Assembly (NCBI RefSeq): GCF_001194135.2
Contig: NC_068996.1
Span: 21,657,819-21,721,818, forward strand
DNA length: 64,000 bases
Reading direction: 5' to 3'
DNA from: Octopus bimaculoides
Taxonomy: Eukaryota
Under the pieces are notes generated by a model, which saw nothing but the letters and a program-made list of their open reading frames with translations, was not told the DNA's origin and did not search any database. A program made the translations under genes and the position numbers. This document shows, one piece after another, positions 1 through 13,095 of this stretch. Position 1 is the stretch's first letter. The number at the start of each line of letters is the position of its first letter.

Positions 1-387
1 AAAAGTGGGAGAGGGAGACAAAAAGCGTCTAACGAAAGAAAAATTGAAAGAGAGCAGTTTTTGAAAGACACTATATTTTATAATGAGATTATATATACTT
101 TCTCACGCAATAATTAAAATATATTTATTTTAAATCGTTCATATTACTCCTCCCTCTCACTCTCACACACACGCACATATACTACTTTGGGAGCGAAAGA
201 GTTTTGTTTATATTTCACAACAACTATGAAACAAAAAGGTATGTAACAATTTGTCAGTGAATTAAACAATATAAATGGGTAAAATTTCCGAGGCTTCCAC
301 CCCATCCCCCAACCTGTTTTTCGGACCACAAAAAGGGTTTAGTAATTTTTCAGATTAACACCCGCACGATTTCCACTAGGGTGTTAT

Positions 388-431
388 GGTTAGGGTTTTA
401 CGGTTAGGATTAGAGTTAGGGTTAAGGTTAG
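388..431 (+). repeat. Short degenerate (TTAGGG)n-like tract
   Basis: ggttagggttttacggttaggattagagttagggttaaggttag. Confidence 0.6.
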
Positions 432-889
432 TGAGATTTTGGTCTCAACTTTTCTTTCAAGGAGCATACTGGCTTCATTCCTTTCGAGCTTACGCATGTC
501 CTCAGCAGTCNNNNNNNNNNNNNNNNNNNNNNNNNNNNNNNNNNNNNNNNNNNNNNNNNNNNNNNNNNNNNNNNNNNNNNNNNNNNNNNNNNNNNNNNNN
601 NNNNNNNNNNACCCACGCTAGCATGGAAAGCGGACGTTAAACAACGATGATGATGATGATGATACCTACATGCACATGTATATGCATCTACACTAAAGTA
701 TTTAAGTTCACATGTACATTGTGGGGGAGAGGTGTTAGTGAAATGGTAGTTTACCTCTGAGAGCCATTCTCTTCAACAATCGAATGATTGAAAGTGTGGG
801 TATCATCCACTTCTATTTGGATATATCTTTTTTTATATATAAAAAAAAGGAGAGGATCCTGATATTTGTTGAGGGGGTTGGAATATCAT

Positions 890-1450
890 TTTTTGTGTTC
901 AGTAATGGTTTGTACTTCCTAATGAAGAATTCTTCTTTATATTTCCGAAATGTTCATTGTCCGACCATAACTTAAAGAAGGGGAAGATTGTGAATTTTCC
1001 CTTTCCGCATGACGCAAAGTGTCCAATGCAAGTGGTGTTTCTGACAGAGGAGTCTCAATTTGTTGTTTGTATTCATGAACTCTGTCATGCAGTCCCATTC
1101 TGATTTCACCAGTATAGTACACTTTACATTGTGAGCAAGTTGTACAGTAAATTAAGTTTATCGTTTTGCAATTCATGTTTGCATTGACTTTGAAAATCTC
1201 ATTGTTTTTAAAGGAGATTTGTCTACCCTCTTCAATGTTTTTACAGGTTCTGCATCGACGGTCCCTGTACTTTTAACTTGCATTGTTTCAATGTTAGATG
1301 TAAATTTCACCTTGGGGAATATTATTTGCGAGCCTTTTATGAGTGCATTCATTTTGGGGGATTGCTGGAGGATTGGAAGATATTGTTTGGCGGCTTTCAC
1401 AATGATGAAGTTCCTTGGGTTGTGTGTGACGACAAAAAGAGAGAGAGGGA
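890..1450 (-). mobile_element. Penelope-like retroelement relic (linker plus GIY-YIG endonuclease, frameshifted)
   Basis: CKTINLIYCTTCSQCKVYYTGEIRMGLHDRVHEYKQQI and, in another frame, KEEFFIRKYKPLLN; upstream FVVTHNPRN...QYLPILQQSP resembles the PLE linker. Confidence 0.8.
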
Positions 1451-2646
1451 AGGAAAATTCAAAGTGTAGATTTTGGAGTAGATGGGATGATATAAATACT
1501 ATAAAAAATTTTTGGGGGAAAGGAATGTTATGTAATAAAAAGGCATTATAAATGGGGTTAATACTGTGTTTCTATGAAAGTATTGAGATGAATGTATATA
1601 AACACTTATACTTATTTGTATGCGCATATATATATATACACAAACAGACCTACATTTCCTCCAATAAGTTCATATATGCATATTTATATACACACCCACG
1701 TCAAAACTCACACTCACATATACATATGAACACACACACATATACATATATNNNNNNNNNNNNNNNNNNNNNNNNNNNNNNNNNNNNNNNNNNNNNNNNN
1801 NNNNNNNNNNNNNNNNNNNNNNNNNNNNNNNNNNNNNNNNNNNNNNNNNNNNNNNNNNNNNNNNNNNNNNNNNNNNNNNNNNNNNNNNNNNNNNNNNNNN
1901 NNNNNNNNNNNNNNNNNNNNNNNNNNNNNNNNNNNNNNNNNNNNNNNNNNNNNNNNNNNNNNNNNNNNNNNNNNNNNNNNNNNNNNNNNNNNNNNNNNNN
2001 NNNNNNNNNNNNNNNNNNNNNNNNNNNNNNNNNNNNNNNNNNNNNNNNNNNNNNNNNNNNNNNNNNNNNNNNNNNNNNNNNNNNNNNNNNNNNNNNNNNN
2101 NNNNNNNNNNNNNNNNNNNNNNNNNNNNNNNNNNNNNNNNNNNNNNNNNNNNNNNNNNNNNNNNNNNNNNNNNNNNNNNNNNNNNNNNNNNNNNNNNNNN
2201 NNNNNNNNNNNNNNNNNNNNNNNNNNNNNNNNNNNNNNNNNNNNNNNNNNNNNNNNNNNNNNNNNNNNNNNNNNNNNNNNNNNNNNNNNNNNNNNNNNNN
2301 NNNNNNNNNNNNNNNNNNNNNNNNNNNNNNNNNNNNNNNNNNNNNNNNNNNNNNNNNNNNNNNNNNNNNNNNNNNNNNNNNNNNNNNNNNNNNNNNNNNN
2401 NNNNNNNNNNNNNNNNNNNNNNNNNNNNNNNNNNNNNNNNNNNNNNNNNNNNNNNNNNNNNNNNNNNNNNNNNNNNNNNNNNNNNNNNNNNNNNNNNNNN
2501 NNNNNNNNNNNNNNNNNNNNNNNNNNNNNNNNNNNNNNNNNNNNNNNNNNNNNNNNNNNNNNNNNNNNNNNNNNNNNNNNNNNNNNNNNNNNNNNNNNNN
2601 NNNNNNNNNNNNNNNNNNNNNNATATATATATATATATACACACAT

Positions 2647-2689
<43 letters not shown>

Positions 2690-3445
2690 TATATATATAT
2701 ACACACACACATATGTACACATATACATACACGTCATTGCTCACCCCTACTGACTACCACCATTCACTACATTCCTCCATCAACCTTATCCAATTTCACT
2801 GTCCCCACCTCTGCCATCCATTCTTATCAGTGGCAATCTGGTTCCTTTTTTTCATAATTAAACCTTTCATCTCCTAACATATAGCTGCCTCTCTCAGGGG
2901 CTACATGCCAACTTCATTAGTTCTGGTGGCACAGAAAAAGCACCTATACACACTATGAGGTGGGTGGCATCAGGAAGAGCATCAAACTAGAAACCATGCT
3001 AAGGCTGATACTAGAGCATAATATGTTGTACTTAGACCCAAAAGATCTTGTCACACCACCCAACTCATGTTTGCATGTTACATGATCATTTTATACATGT
3101 GTGTATCTATGTATATATATCATACATATTATAGATCAATACTGCATGCATGCATACACACACATACACATATATATTTTTTAATTCAGCTGTAGAAACT
3201 CTGCCAAATCAGATTGGAGGCTGGTGTTGCCATCGTCCAACCCATGCTAGCATGGAAAGCGGACATTAAACGACGACGATATATATTGTGCAGCATGGCT
3301 GCAGTCCAATAACCAAACCAAGTAAATATATATATATATATANNNNNNNNNNNNNNNNNNNNNNNNNNNNNNNNNNNNNNNNNNNNNNNNNNNNNNNNNN
3401 NNNNNNNNNNNNNNNNNNNNNNNNNNNNNNNNNNNNNNNNNNNNN

Positions 3446-3960
3446 ATCATCGTCGTTTAACCTCTGCTTTCCATGCTAGCATAGGTTGGATGATTTGACT
3501 GAGGACTGGTGAAACCAGATGGCTACACCAGGCTCCAATCTGATTTGGCAGAGTTTCTACAGCTGGATGCCCTTCCCAACGCCAACCATTCAGCGAGTGT
3601 AGTGGGTGCTTTTACGTGTCACCCGCATGAAGGCCAGTCAGGCGGAACTGGCAACGGCCACACTCAAAATGGTGTATTTTATGTGCCACCCGCACAAGAG
3701 CCAGTCCAGGGGCACTGGCAACGATCTTGCTCAAAAGCCCTTACACATGCTGCGGGCACAAGTGCCAGAAAGGCGATGCTGGGCACAGGTGCCATCCTGA
3801 TTTCGCTTTCCCCAATAAGTCTTCGCAAGCTGAGTTTCGTTTCCAATGAAGGAGACGACGTTGGCATGGGTGCCAGTCATCGGATTTAACTCGATTTCGA
3901 TTCACTTGCCTCAACAGGTCTTTGCAAGTGGAGTTTAGTGTCCAATTTAACTCGATTTCG
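3446..3960 (-). mobile_element. Non-autonomous retroposon with RTE-like 3' end and (GAT)n tail
   Basis: Near-identical copies at about 35335-35643 (opposite orientation), 59470-59835 and 53932-54081; tail ...catggaaagcggacgttaaacgatgatgatg. Dozens of degraded tail copies occur across the window. Confidence 0.75.
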
Positions 3961-4617
3961 ATACGTATTGAATGTGACTACATTTTTCAATTCTTGTTTT
4001 GACATTGTGTGATTGTTGTAAATGAAAGTCATTAATTTCCTACTTTCTGTGAAACCATACATGCAGGGAAATATTACCTTGCTTGAAAACAGGTAAGGTA
4101 CGATAACAGGAAGGGTAACCAGTCATAGAAAGTCTACTTCAAGAAACTCCATCCTATTCATGCAAGCATGGAAATGTGGACATCAAAACGATGATAATAC
4201 CATATACAGTGGCTGTCTCGTTGTTTGCTCATCATAGGAAAATTGTAAACAAGCAATTTTGTTTCCAATCTTCCATAAAAATTCCTTGCAAAGGCATTAT
4301 TGTAGCTATTATTCTGGTTTTAACTGAATGAAATCCACAAGCCATTTCCAGCATTTTCTTTCAAGCTGCTATTTTATAGTAGTAAGTCTTTATGTAGTGA
4401 AAGGGACATTTCTCCATAGACATATTACCATAATTATACATCAACAGTTTGGATGGATCTTTCTTTTTGTTATTAATTCACAGCCAGAGTATTTCAAACA
4501 CATGGTTTTCCCAGGTGCCCAATTAGTGTGAGGGAAATAAATCATTTTCCACATAATATATAATTAGCAATTTGAATTTGAAATGAAGGAATAAGGAAGA
4601 AATTATCTATAGCTCAC

Positions 4618-4778
4618 CTGAATCGTGTTCGACGCAGACTTTAAGCCTACAGTATTCTGTCTGAGAGATGAGACGGGAGACTCTGTCCTGCGTATTAACA
4701 TCGGGGAGTTGCTAGGTGAGATTCTGGGACTTTGTGAAGGGCTTGTGGCACTGATGATGGATACAGAGCTGTTGAGGG
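4618..4778 (-). CDS. Gene 2, coding exon 5 (gene continues downstream)
   Basis: tttcccttttctag|CC CTC...ATT CAG|GTGAGC; phase 1 to 0: ALNSSVSIISATSPSQSPRISPSNSPMLIRRTESPVSSLRQNTVGLKSASNTIQ. Confidence 0.8.
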
Positions 4779-5283
4779 CTAGAAAAGGGAAACAGATCAA
4801 TATAGACTTGAGTATATACGTGTGAAGGTGTGTGTGTGTGTGTGTGTGTGTCTATTCCTGTATGAATATGTCTGTGTGTATGTGTGTATATTGTTCACCA
4901 ACAAGTGCTGACATGATTGTGTGGTTTGGAAGCTCACTTTGCAACCACAAGGTTTTCAGTCTCACAACACAGTACCTTGGGCAACTGTCTTCTACTATAG
5001 CTTGGGATCTCAGTCTTGCAGTCTGCATGGTGGTGGCCTTACAAACAGAGATGCATGAAATAAGAGCACCCAGTACATACTATAAAGTGGTGGGTATTAG
5101 GAAGGGCATCCAGCCTGCAGAAACAGAGCCAAAGCAGATATTGAAGTAGAGTGCAGTCCTTGAATCCACTAGATCCAATTAAACACTTCAACCCATGCCC
5201 AGCATGGGACATGGATGCTAAAAGATGAAGATGAGAATGATATGTGTGTGTATATTAATATAAATATACACACATATATGTGT

Positions 5284-5620
5284 GTGAAGGCGCATGGCTC
5301 AGTGGTTAGAACATCAGGCTCACAATCATGAGATAATGAGTTCAATTCCCAGACCAGGCTGTGTGTTGTCTTCTTGAGCAAGGCACTTTATTTCACATTG
5401 CTCCAATTCACTCAGATGTAGAAATGAGTTGCAACATCACTAATGCCAATCTGTATCAACCTTTGCCTCGCCCTTGGCATGGAGAGGGCAGGCTGGAATA
5501 CATGGGCGACTGCTGGTCTTCCATAAACAACCTTGCCTGGACTTGTGTCTCGAAGGGGAACTTTCTAGGTGCAAACTCATTTGCATTCTTGACTGAAGGG
5601 GGTCTTTTACCATTTACCTT
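5284..5620 (+). mobile_element. tRNA-derived SINE (family B)
   Basis: A-box tggctcagtgg and B-box gagttcaattccc; second copy at about 34258-34540. Confidence 0.75.
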
Positions 5621-5629
5621 TTATATATA

Positions 5630-5865
5630 ATAGGCAAGTTAGCAGAATCATTAGCGTGCCAGGCAAAATGCTTAGCGGTATTTCGTCTGCCGCTATGTTC
5701 TGAGTTCAAATTCCGCTGAGGTTGACTTTGCCTTTCATCCTTTCGGGGTCGATTAACTAAGTACCAATTACACACTGGGGTCAACGTAATCGACTTAATC
5801 CCTTTGTCTGTCCTTGTTTGTCCCCTCTATGTTTAGCCTCCTGTGGGCAATAAAGAAATAAATAT
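5630..5865 (+). mobile_element. tRNA-derived SINE (family C) with central gcctttcatcctttcggggtcga domain
   Basis: B-box gagttcaaattcc; tail ...gggcaataaagaaata; reverse degraded copy at about 10080-10245. Confidence 0.75.
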
Positions 5866-6420
5866 ATACTTCCAGGTCCACCCAATTACTCTCACTCACT
5901 CTTCTAGAATGTAAGTAGCTATGTAGCTCCTCCACCACAAGAAACCTGCTCTATTTTGACCCCTTCTCTCACACTTTAACCTCCACAACCACCTCCTAGT
6001 TTAAAGGTGCCTTTTTTCCCTATAGCCCCATTCAGTTGAAGGGGATCTGTCTTGCCAGCTGTGTGGTGACCTCACAAGTGCCTGTGCCAAGAAAAATGCA
6101 CCCAGTACACTCTGTAAAGTAGTTGGCATTAGGAAGAGCACTAGGCCTAAAAGCCATGTCAAAGTAGACATTGGAACATCAGGACCCATTTGATTCTGCC
6201 AGCATAGATGAACATTAAAAGATGATATTGATTACACATACACACTTGTATATGAATATACAAATATATACGTTTGTATATACTTAAACATATAGATACA
6301 TATATCATTTAATATACACAAGATTTAAATGCAAGCTAATATTAGTTTCATGCCTCTGAAAATACAATTGTGAGACAAGCTTTATACATGTGTATACATG
6401 TAAACTTCAACAACACATAC

Positions 6421-6556
6421 CAGGTGTGACATGAGGCGACGGAGCAGATATAGTGGTCATTTGTGAATATGTAGTGAATGACGGCGAACTCGAGCTGTGA
6501 TTAAGAGCTGTGGGAGACTTCCCAACATAATCACGAATTGTGGCACCACTTGTGTC
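6421..6556 (-). CDS. Gene 2, coding exon 4
   Basis: ttttttattccag|GAC...CCT G|GTATGT; phase 0 to 1: DTSGATIRDYVGKSPTALNHSSSSPSFTTYSQMTTISAPSPHVTP. Confidence 0.8.
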
Positions 6557-6829
6557 CTGGAATAAAAAAAAAGAATAACAATATATTTATATGTTACAAA
6601 AGAATAATAATATATTTATGTCACAATGTATGTGTGTGTGTATGTGTGTGTGTGTGTGTGTGTAGGAATATGTGGTGTAAAAGATGAAAAAATACAATAA
6701 ATATGAGGTAAAAATTAAACAGAGTTAGCATTAATTTGATACTCAGGAAATAGATAGATAAAAGAAAATGTCTAATATGCCAAGTATACACTTTTCTTCT
6801 GAAAGAGAAGATAGAGAAATGAATGGAGA

Positions 6830-7198
6830 AGTTTGTTGTTGTTGGCACTCCGTCGCTTACGACGTCGAGGGTTCCAGTTGATCCGATCAACGGAACAGCC
6901 TGCTCGTGAAATTAACGTGCAAGTGGCTGAGCACTCCACAGACACATGTACCCTTAACGTAGTTCTCGGGGAGATTCAGCGTGACACAGTGTGACAAGGC
7001 TGACCCTTTCAATTACAGGCACAACAGAAACAGGAAGTAAGAGAAAGTTGTGATGGAAGAGTACAGCAGGGTTCACCACCATCCCCTGCCGGAGCCTCAT
7101 GGAGCTTTAGGTGTTTTCGCTCAATAAACACTCACAATGCCCGGTCTGGGAATCGAAACCACGATCCTATGACCGCGAGTCCGCTGCACTAACCATGG
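6830..7198 (-). mobile_element. Young CpG-rich tRNA-derived SINE (family D) with (CAA)n tail
   Basis: The minus strand starts ccatggttagtgcagcggactcgcggtcataggatcgtggtttcgattcccagaccgg (tRNA-like) and ends ...gcgacggagtgccaacaacaac. Confidence 0.8.
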
Positions 7199-7281
7199 AG
7201 AAAAAGAATTGTATATGTATCCAATCATCTTGGTTAGATACATATTGGATTATATAATTATATATTACATGGAAAAATGCA

Positions 7282-7947
7282 AGCAAGAGAAATAATATTC
7301 TTAAGATTATAAATCTGGAAAATTACAGGAAAGCAAGTTATTACACTTGGAAAAGTTCAGGACAACTTATTACATATGGTAAAGTACAGAACAAGAAAAT
7401 TTTTCAGTTCTATATTTAAGAGATGAGGAATTATGTACATTATTTACATTTGACGGACAACAAACAAGATGAGGATAAATATCCATCAAATGTAAATAAT
7501 GTTAAGAAAATTTTTACTTAAAATATTGCAGCTAAGAATAAAATTTCAAATAAAATATTGAGATTTAGAAAATATTAACTTTTTATTAAAACTAAAAATT
7601 TTACTACAAGTTATTACTTCTATTTGTTATCACTTGTTACTTCTATTAAAAATAAAAAAATAATTCAAAAATATTTTTTGCACTTTAAAAAAATTCATTT
7701 TTTTAATTATCAATTAATTAAAAATTTGAAAATAGGTTATAAAAAATAATTGGCTCTCATCTTTTAAGTATTCTAGTGTGCCAATATTTTAACAAAATGA
7801 TGGTACCTTTTTTAATTGTAATGTTACTTTATAAATTAAAATCAAATAATTTTTAATATTCAAATTTTATCCTTTACTTTACCAGATGTAATAACTTGTC
7901 CTGTACTTTTCCAGGTTTATAAGTTTAAGAATATTATTTCTCTTGCT
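7282..7947. mobile_element. Foldback-like element: long inverted termini built from about 28-bp subrepeats
   Basis: Left end agcaagagaaataatattcttaagattataaatctggaaaattacagga... matches the reverse complement of the right end; subunit ggaaaagtacaggacaagttattacat is repeated. Confidence 0.65.
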
Positions 7948-8292
7948 CACATTTTCTCATGTAATCAATGTTTTTCCAGGCTATGCTATCATGCTAATTT
8001 ATAATGTGTCAAATATGTCAATTAGCAGTGTTGTTGATAATTTTTTCCTTACGTCAATGATACCAGTGACATATATTAAAAGTCCCCATAAAAGCACCCA
8101 GCACACCCTGCAAAGTCATTGGTGTTAGAAAGAGCATCCAGTTGTAGAAACCATGCCAAATCAAACTGGAATCTGGTGCAATTCCCCAGCTTGCCAGTAC
8201 TGGTCAAACTGTCCAACCCATCCCAGCATGGTCAACAGACATTAAATGATGATGATGATAATGTATGCATGCATGTGAGCGTGTGTATATAT

Positions 8293-8324
<32 letters not shown>

Positions 8325-8599
8325 TAGAGAGAGAGTGAGAAAGAGGGAAAGAGACTTGGAGACAGCTTGTTTGTGAAAGTGCAGTTAATTGAAAACTCAT
8401 ACCAGATGCTAGCAGATTACGCAAGCCATCAGGAGAGAATGTGCAACATCTTGGGGCCATCTTTATGATGACGTTACACCACACTAGCCCCCCATCTATT
8501 GGAGCGACTGACTAATGTTTGACTTTAGCCCATTTTGGGATCAACACCTTTCCAGCCAGGTTTTATCGTTCCTTTTCACCTGTACTGCACTCTATCTAG

Positions 8600-9250
8600 C
8601 ATCTATATAGACTTCTAGTAGCATTTCATAACACCTGTTTTTCCTAACCTGAACTGCAACTCTATTGTCTTCATGTGAAACAGTTAATTTAACAAGGTAT
8701 ATTAGCTTTATATTCCTCACACCATATTGTCATATCTGGCATCTTCCTTATTGGTATTGGAACTCCTTCAGCATTGGACTCCCTCAGCATCATGACTGTC
8801 ACATCTTTGCAGCTTTGTAGAACTCAACAATTGATACTACAGGTAGTGGAGGAGATCCTCTCTTTCCATATAGCATAGAACTGTTAATCATAGAAGGTAA
8901 ACCAAGCCATTTCCTAATGTAAGTACTGCATGATCTCTACTCTCAACAGTGTCACTTTGTATAGGATCAGAGGCCAAGCAAAGTAGAAATACAGATCAAA
9001 TTGCAAGCACCAAATTTTGTATTTGCCCAGTAATTTTGACTTATCACCTTTAATCCATCCTCTGTTTGTGCCAGGCTCTCAATCTTCTACTCTTAACAGA
9101 CAAGTTAACATACCTTTGTACTAAACTTTTTACAGCTTTGTCTTTAACTGTTGGCATGGTTTCCCTGCCATTTTGAACTTCCAATGCTTCTGCCAAACTT
9201 TGACAAGAATCAGACTGTGATTTGGTATCAGGACAAAATCCCACTGGACA
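8600..9250 (-). mobile_element. Hero-like (RLE-clade) non-LTR retrotransposon relic, post-RT region
   Basis: Frameshifted peptides MPTVKDKAVKSLVQRY, DKSKLLGKYKIWCLQF..AWPLILY and YIRKWLGLPSMINSSMLYGKRG resemble the Hero-type pattern (VKSLG..Y / GKFKAWIYQ..LWPLL.Y / RRWLGLPRSLSS.ALYG). Confidence 0.65.
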
Positions 9251-9430
9251 AATTTAACGCAAATATATCAACTAATAAATATTTTAATTTTTTTTTTAAT
9301 AAAATTTTACTTTCCTAAAACATTTTTATTGTAAGGAAAGAACAATATCCTGTGAGATATTGACTGCCAGGGGATTTTGTCCTAATACTGTGTGATTTCT
9401 TTGTTTTAAACCATATTCCTTATCCAGTAC

Positions 9431-9880
9431 ACACCATATTTTGCAGCATGATAGATGCAGCATCATGGAAGATGCACCCCAATTTTGGAAATGTAATTCT
9501 AGGAAAAAGATTATTATACTTACTAAAGCTCTATCTGAACAGTGTTTGACAGGTAAAATGGTGGAGTGAACAAGCCCACCATCATTGAGTGAAATCACCA
9601 GACAATAATTACTTATCTAGTGGTTTGCTGTCAGGTTTTATTGTAGTACATAACACTAAGCTCTTTGCTTTATTCAAGCCACATGCTGAAGTGATCATAG
9701 AATACCTGCCACTACTGACCACTTACCAGCTACAAGCACCTGACTACATCTGCTACCAACCATCCTGTTGATTTCAGAAAACCACAGAAACAACTTCTCA
9801 ACTAAAATTGTGGAAGATGCATTGGTAATTTTCAAGGTACCATATTTGCCAGCATGTAAGAGGCACTTTTATACCCTATT
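9431..9880. mobile_element. pogo-type TIR remnants, two ends in the same orientation
   Basis: accatattttgcagcatgatagatgca...aagatgcacccc at about 9432 and taccatatttgccagcatgtaagaggcacttt at about 9838 resemble the TIRs of the element at 32821-33733. Confidence 0.45.
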
Positions 9881-12621
9881 TAAAAATATATATATATATC
9901 AAAAAACTACTTTGTGTCTAATGCGAGACATATTTACAGACATATGTGTGCTTGCAGGACTTGCTAGAGAACTTGAAGAGCGTCTAAGTCTGCCAGGCAT
10001 TATAATAGCTACTGATAATAAAATATTGATTTCACATTTTGGCACAAAGTCAGCAAGTTTGGAGGAAGAAGTTAAGTCGATTACATTGACCCCAGTGTTC
10101 AAATGGTACTTATTTTATTGAATCCAAAAAGATGAAAGGCAAAGTCAACCTTGGTGAAATTTTAACTCAGAACATAAGGAGGGATGAAATGCAGCAAAGC
10201 ACTTTGCCCAGCATGCTGACAGATCTGCCAGCTTGACACCTTTTCTGATTATAAATTATTGAAAGCAGAGCCAAAATATCAGTCTTTCAGTATTTTGGCA
10301 GTTATGTGGGCAAGTCACATCATCTCATTACACCACCTTTCTCAGCATCCATAACCCTCTCTTGATGAATTTTATATCATTTAGTAACTTTGTTACTTTT
10401 AAGAAATATTTTTAATTATCTAAATGGAAATTCTCCTAAAACGAGAAATGTTAAAATTTCATCCATCTGTTAACTATTTGTAATGAAAAGATGACAACTA
10501 AAACCATAGCAATGGTGAGCTACCCTAGTGGCTGATTACATTTATACAAAACATCACAACCTGAGATACAAGTTTTACAAATACGAGTATGGTAATTCTC
10601 TTAAGCAAAAGACAAACAGGTACACAGTTGATCTGAAAGAAGATAAAACTAAAATATGATAGTGCCATAATGTAATTTTTTAATGATTAATTTATGGTAT
10701 CATATTTTATTCAAATAACTTGTCACAATATTCTCTTTACTTGAACAGAATCATACATTTTCCCCTGACAAAACCAGTTTAAAAATATCTCAATAAGTGT
10801 CTGATGAAACGTACTATATTTGTTTTTCCACAAAATATATTTGTAAAATAGAAGTGTATCTTATATACTGGAAAATATAGTAACTCTTTGCTAAACAATA
10901 TGTGTTGTCCATGTGCAAAAAATAGTATATACATATAAGTACAAGAGTCTGGAATTATATTGGAAAACAAAGACTAATTCTACCTTTCACCATTCTGGGG
11001 TTGACAAAATAAAATACCAGTAAAATCCTGGAGTAGGTATTACATTCTTTTTTGTTTCTATTTCCCTTCATGTACTTTGAGGGTAAACCTAGAAACCTCA
11101 TCTCCACTATCTTTCTTTCCAGCCCAACCCTCATTAACCCCACACACTCTTCTATAGACATGTAGCTAATGTATATGAACTCAGTTTGGTTCTGGTCCTT
11201 CCTTCATACTTTAACCCTTCATTTCCTAGCATAAAACCACCTTTTTCTCTACTGCTGCCCCCACTCACTTGAAGGGGATCTTAGTCTTGCAGACTGCATG
11301 GTGAACTCGCTAGTACTAGTGCCATTACAAAAGTACCTAGTACACTCTATAAACTGGTTGGTGTTAGGAAGAGCATCCAGCCTTAGAAACTATACCAAAG
11401 CCAATACTGTAGGATGACGCAGTCCTCCAGCACTTCAGATCCTATCACCATCCAGCCCATGCCAGCATGAAATATGGATGTTAAAAGATGATTATGATGA
11501 AGTCAATAACCTTTGTAAAAGAGGTAATGTTTAGTGAATGGGAAAGGCAGCAATAAATCAATAATTCATTCATCTTCCCCTATATTCCCCTATACTAGCA
11601 TGGAAAACAAATGCCTTTCAGCACCCTAATAAGGGTCACATACACCAACATTTAACATCCATTTTCCATGATGGCATGGGTTAGGTAATTTGATGGGATC
11701 CAATGAGCCAGAGGACTGCACCAAGCTCCAATGTCTGCTTTGGCATAGGTTCTATAGTTGGATGCCATTCCTAACATCAACCACATTTTGTAAAAGACAT
11801 TTGTGAAGTCACCAAGTAACTAACAAGACAATGAAAAAGCTCCCCTGGCTGAGTGGGGTTGTAGTAGAGAGGCGTTATACCAGGTATTGAGAGGTGTTAT
11901 ACCAGGTAATGGAAGGTCAGGTACAGGTGTCTTTCTGCAGAGGAAATACATGGCTACTCTGTATTATTTAAGGGAGAGTGGAAGTAGCTGGAAAGAAGAC
12001 AGTGGTGGTGGTGATGAGGTTTTCGGAGAATACTCTGAAGATACAAGGTGAGTACAAAGAGAGAATACCAAAAAGTTCATTGACAACTGAGATGAGAGTA
12101 ACAGTGGGTAAGTGTGGAGGTGAATATAATGAATGGAACTTGGATAGTTGTGTGGTAAAAAGTGAATATCAATATGGGAGGGGAGAAATGAAAGACATAA
12201 GAATGGCTCGGGAAGGAGGTGATAAGTAGCAGTACAGGAAGAGTGAAGAGCAGCAGTATAAAAACCCTGTATATACATCAGAAAATAGGAAATGATGTGC
12301 AAAATGGGAAAGTAGTGGGTGAGAGAGATGTACAGTGACAGAGATAGATGTTAGAGGTATGTAGGGTTGGCTACAGTGAGTGAAGAAAATGTGATGGGAG
12401 CACATTGACAGTAGGTGTGAGAAGGTGTTGAAAATGAAAGCAGAAAATAAAGGGTATTAAAGATGAGGTTTGAAAGTCCTAAGATGTAGTTCAGAGGAGA
12501 AAGAGAGATAGATCAGAAAATATAGAGAGGATGTTTTGAGTGGGACAGTAGGGAACACATGAGAGAGAGAGAAAGAGAGATGCAAACACAACATGAAAAA
12601 AAATTAAATAAATTGTCTCAC

Positions 12622-12759
12622 GTGACTTGGACTGGAGTTAGAAAGATTGAGTGCAGCAAAGTTTTCTGATATATTTTCGTCGACGCGACCTGGTAAGAAG
12701 GTTTTCACAGTCTGAGGGAGCTGTCCTGAAAAGTTACTGCGTACGCGAGCTCGTTGTCT
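12622..12759 (-). CDS. Gene 2, coding exon 3
   Basis: ttgtctcattgcag|AGA...CAC|GTGAGA; phase 0 to 0, 46 codons (RQRARVRSNFSGQLPQTVKTFLPGRVDENISENFAALNLSNSSPSH). The other two frames have stops. Confidence 0.8.
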
Positions 12760-13057
12760 CTGCAATGAGACAAGAAAGGACTTAAAAGTGATTAATTATT
12801 TTAATCATTCTTTTATCTTTTACTTGTTTCAGTCATTGCACTGTGGCCATGCTGGGGCACTGTCTTGAAGGAACTTTTAGTTGAACAGATCAACCATGGT
12901 AGTTTTTTTTTTAAAGTCTGGTACAGCCTCTCTCTGCTTTGCCAGAGAGAGACTGGCAAAGCAGTCTCTCTCCTTTGCCAGACTGCTATGGTATGGGGAC
13001 GAAATCAAACTAACACCAGTTGTCAAGCAGTGGGAGGACAAACACAAACACACACAG

Positions 13058-13095
<38 letters not shown>

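Noticed and set aside
1552-2877. Long ORFs spanning N runs (also 12865-13762, 24930-25573, 39665-40309, 50803-51809)
   Set aside because: Artefacts of assembly gaps and (TA)/(CA) microsatellites.
3509-3889. Recurrent ORF MKPDGYTRLQSDLA... (also 35258, 59544)
   Set aside because: Antisense reading of a high-copy non-autonomous retroposon, not a gene family.
9899-10121. Protein-like ORFs (RLRRSSSSLASP on -, LARELEERLSLPG on +)
   Set aside because: The only minus-strand acceptors are phase 1, whereas the flanking gene 2 exons need phase 0; the region is bracketed by transposon and SINE remnants.
11880-12540. Purine-rich stretch with ORF 11978-12229
   Set aside because: Probably a highly decayed LINE fragment; no diagnostic motif or splice chain.
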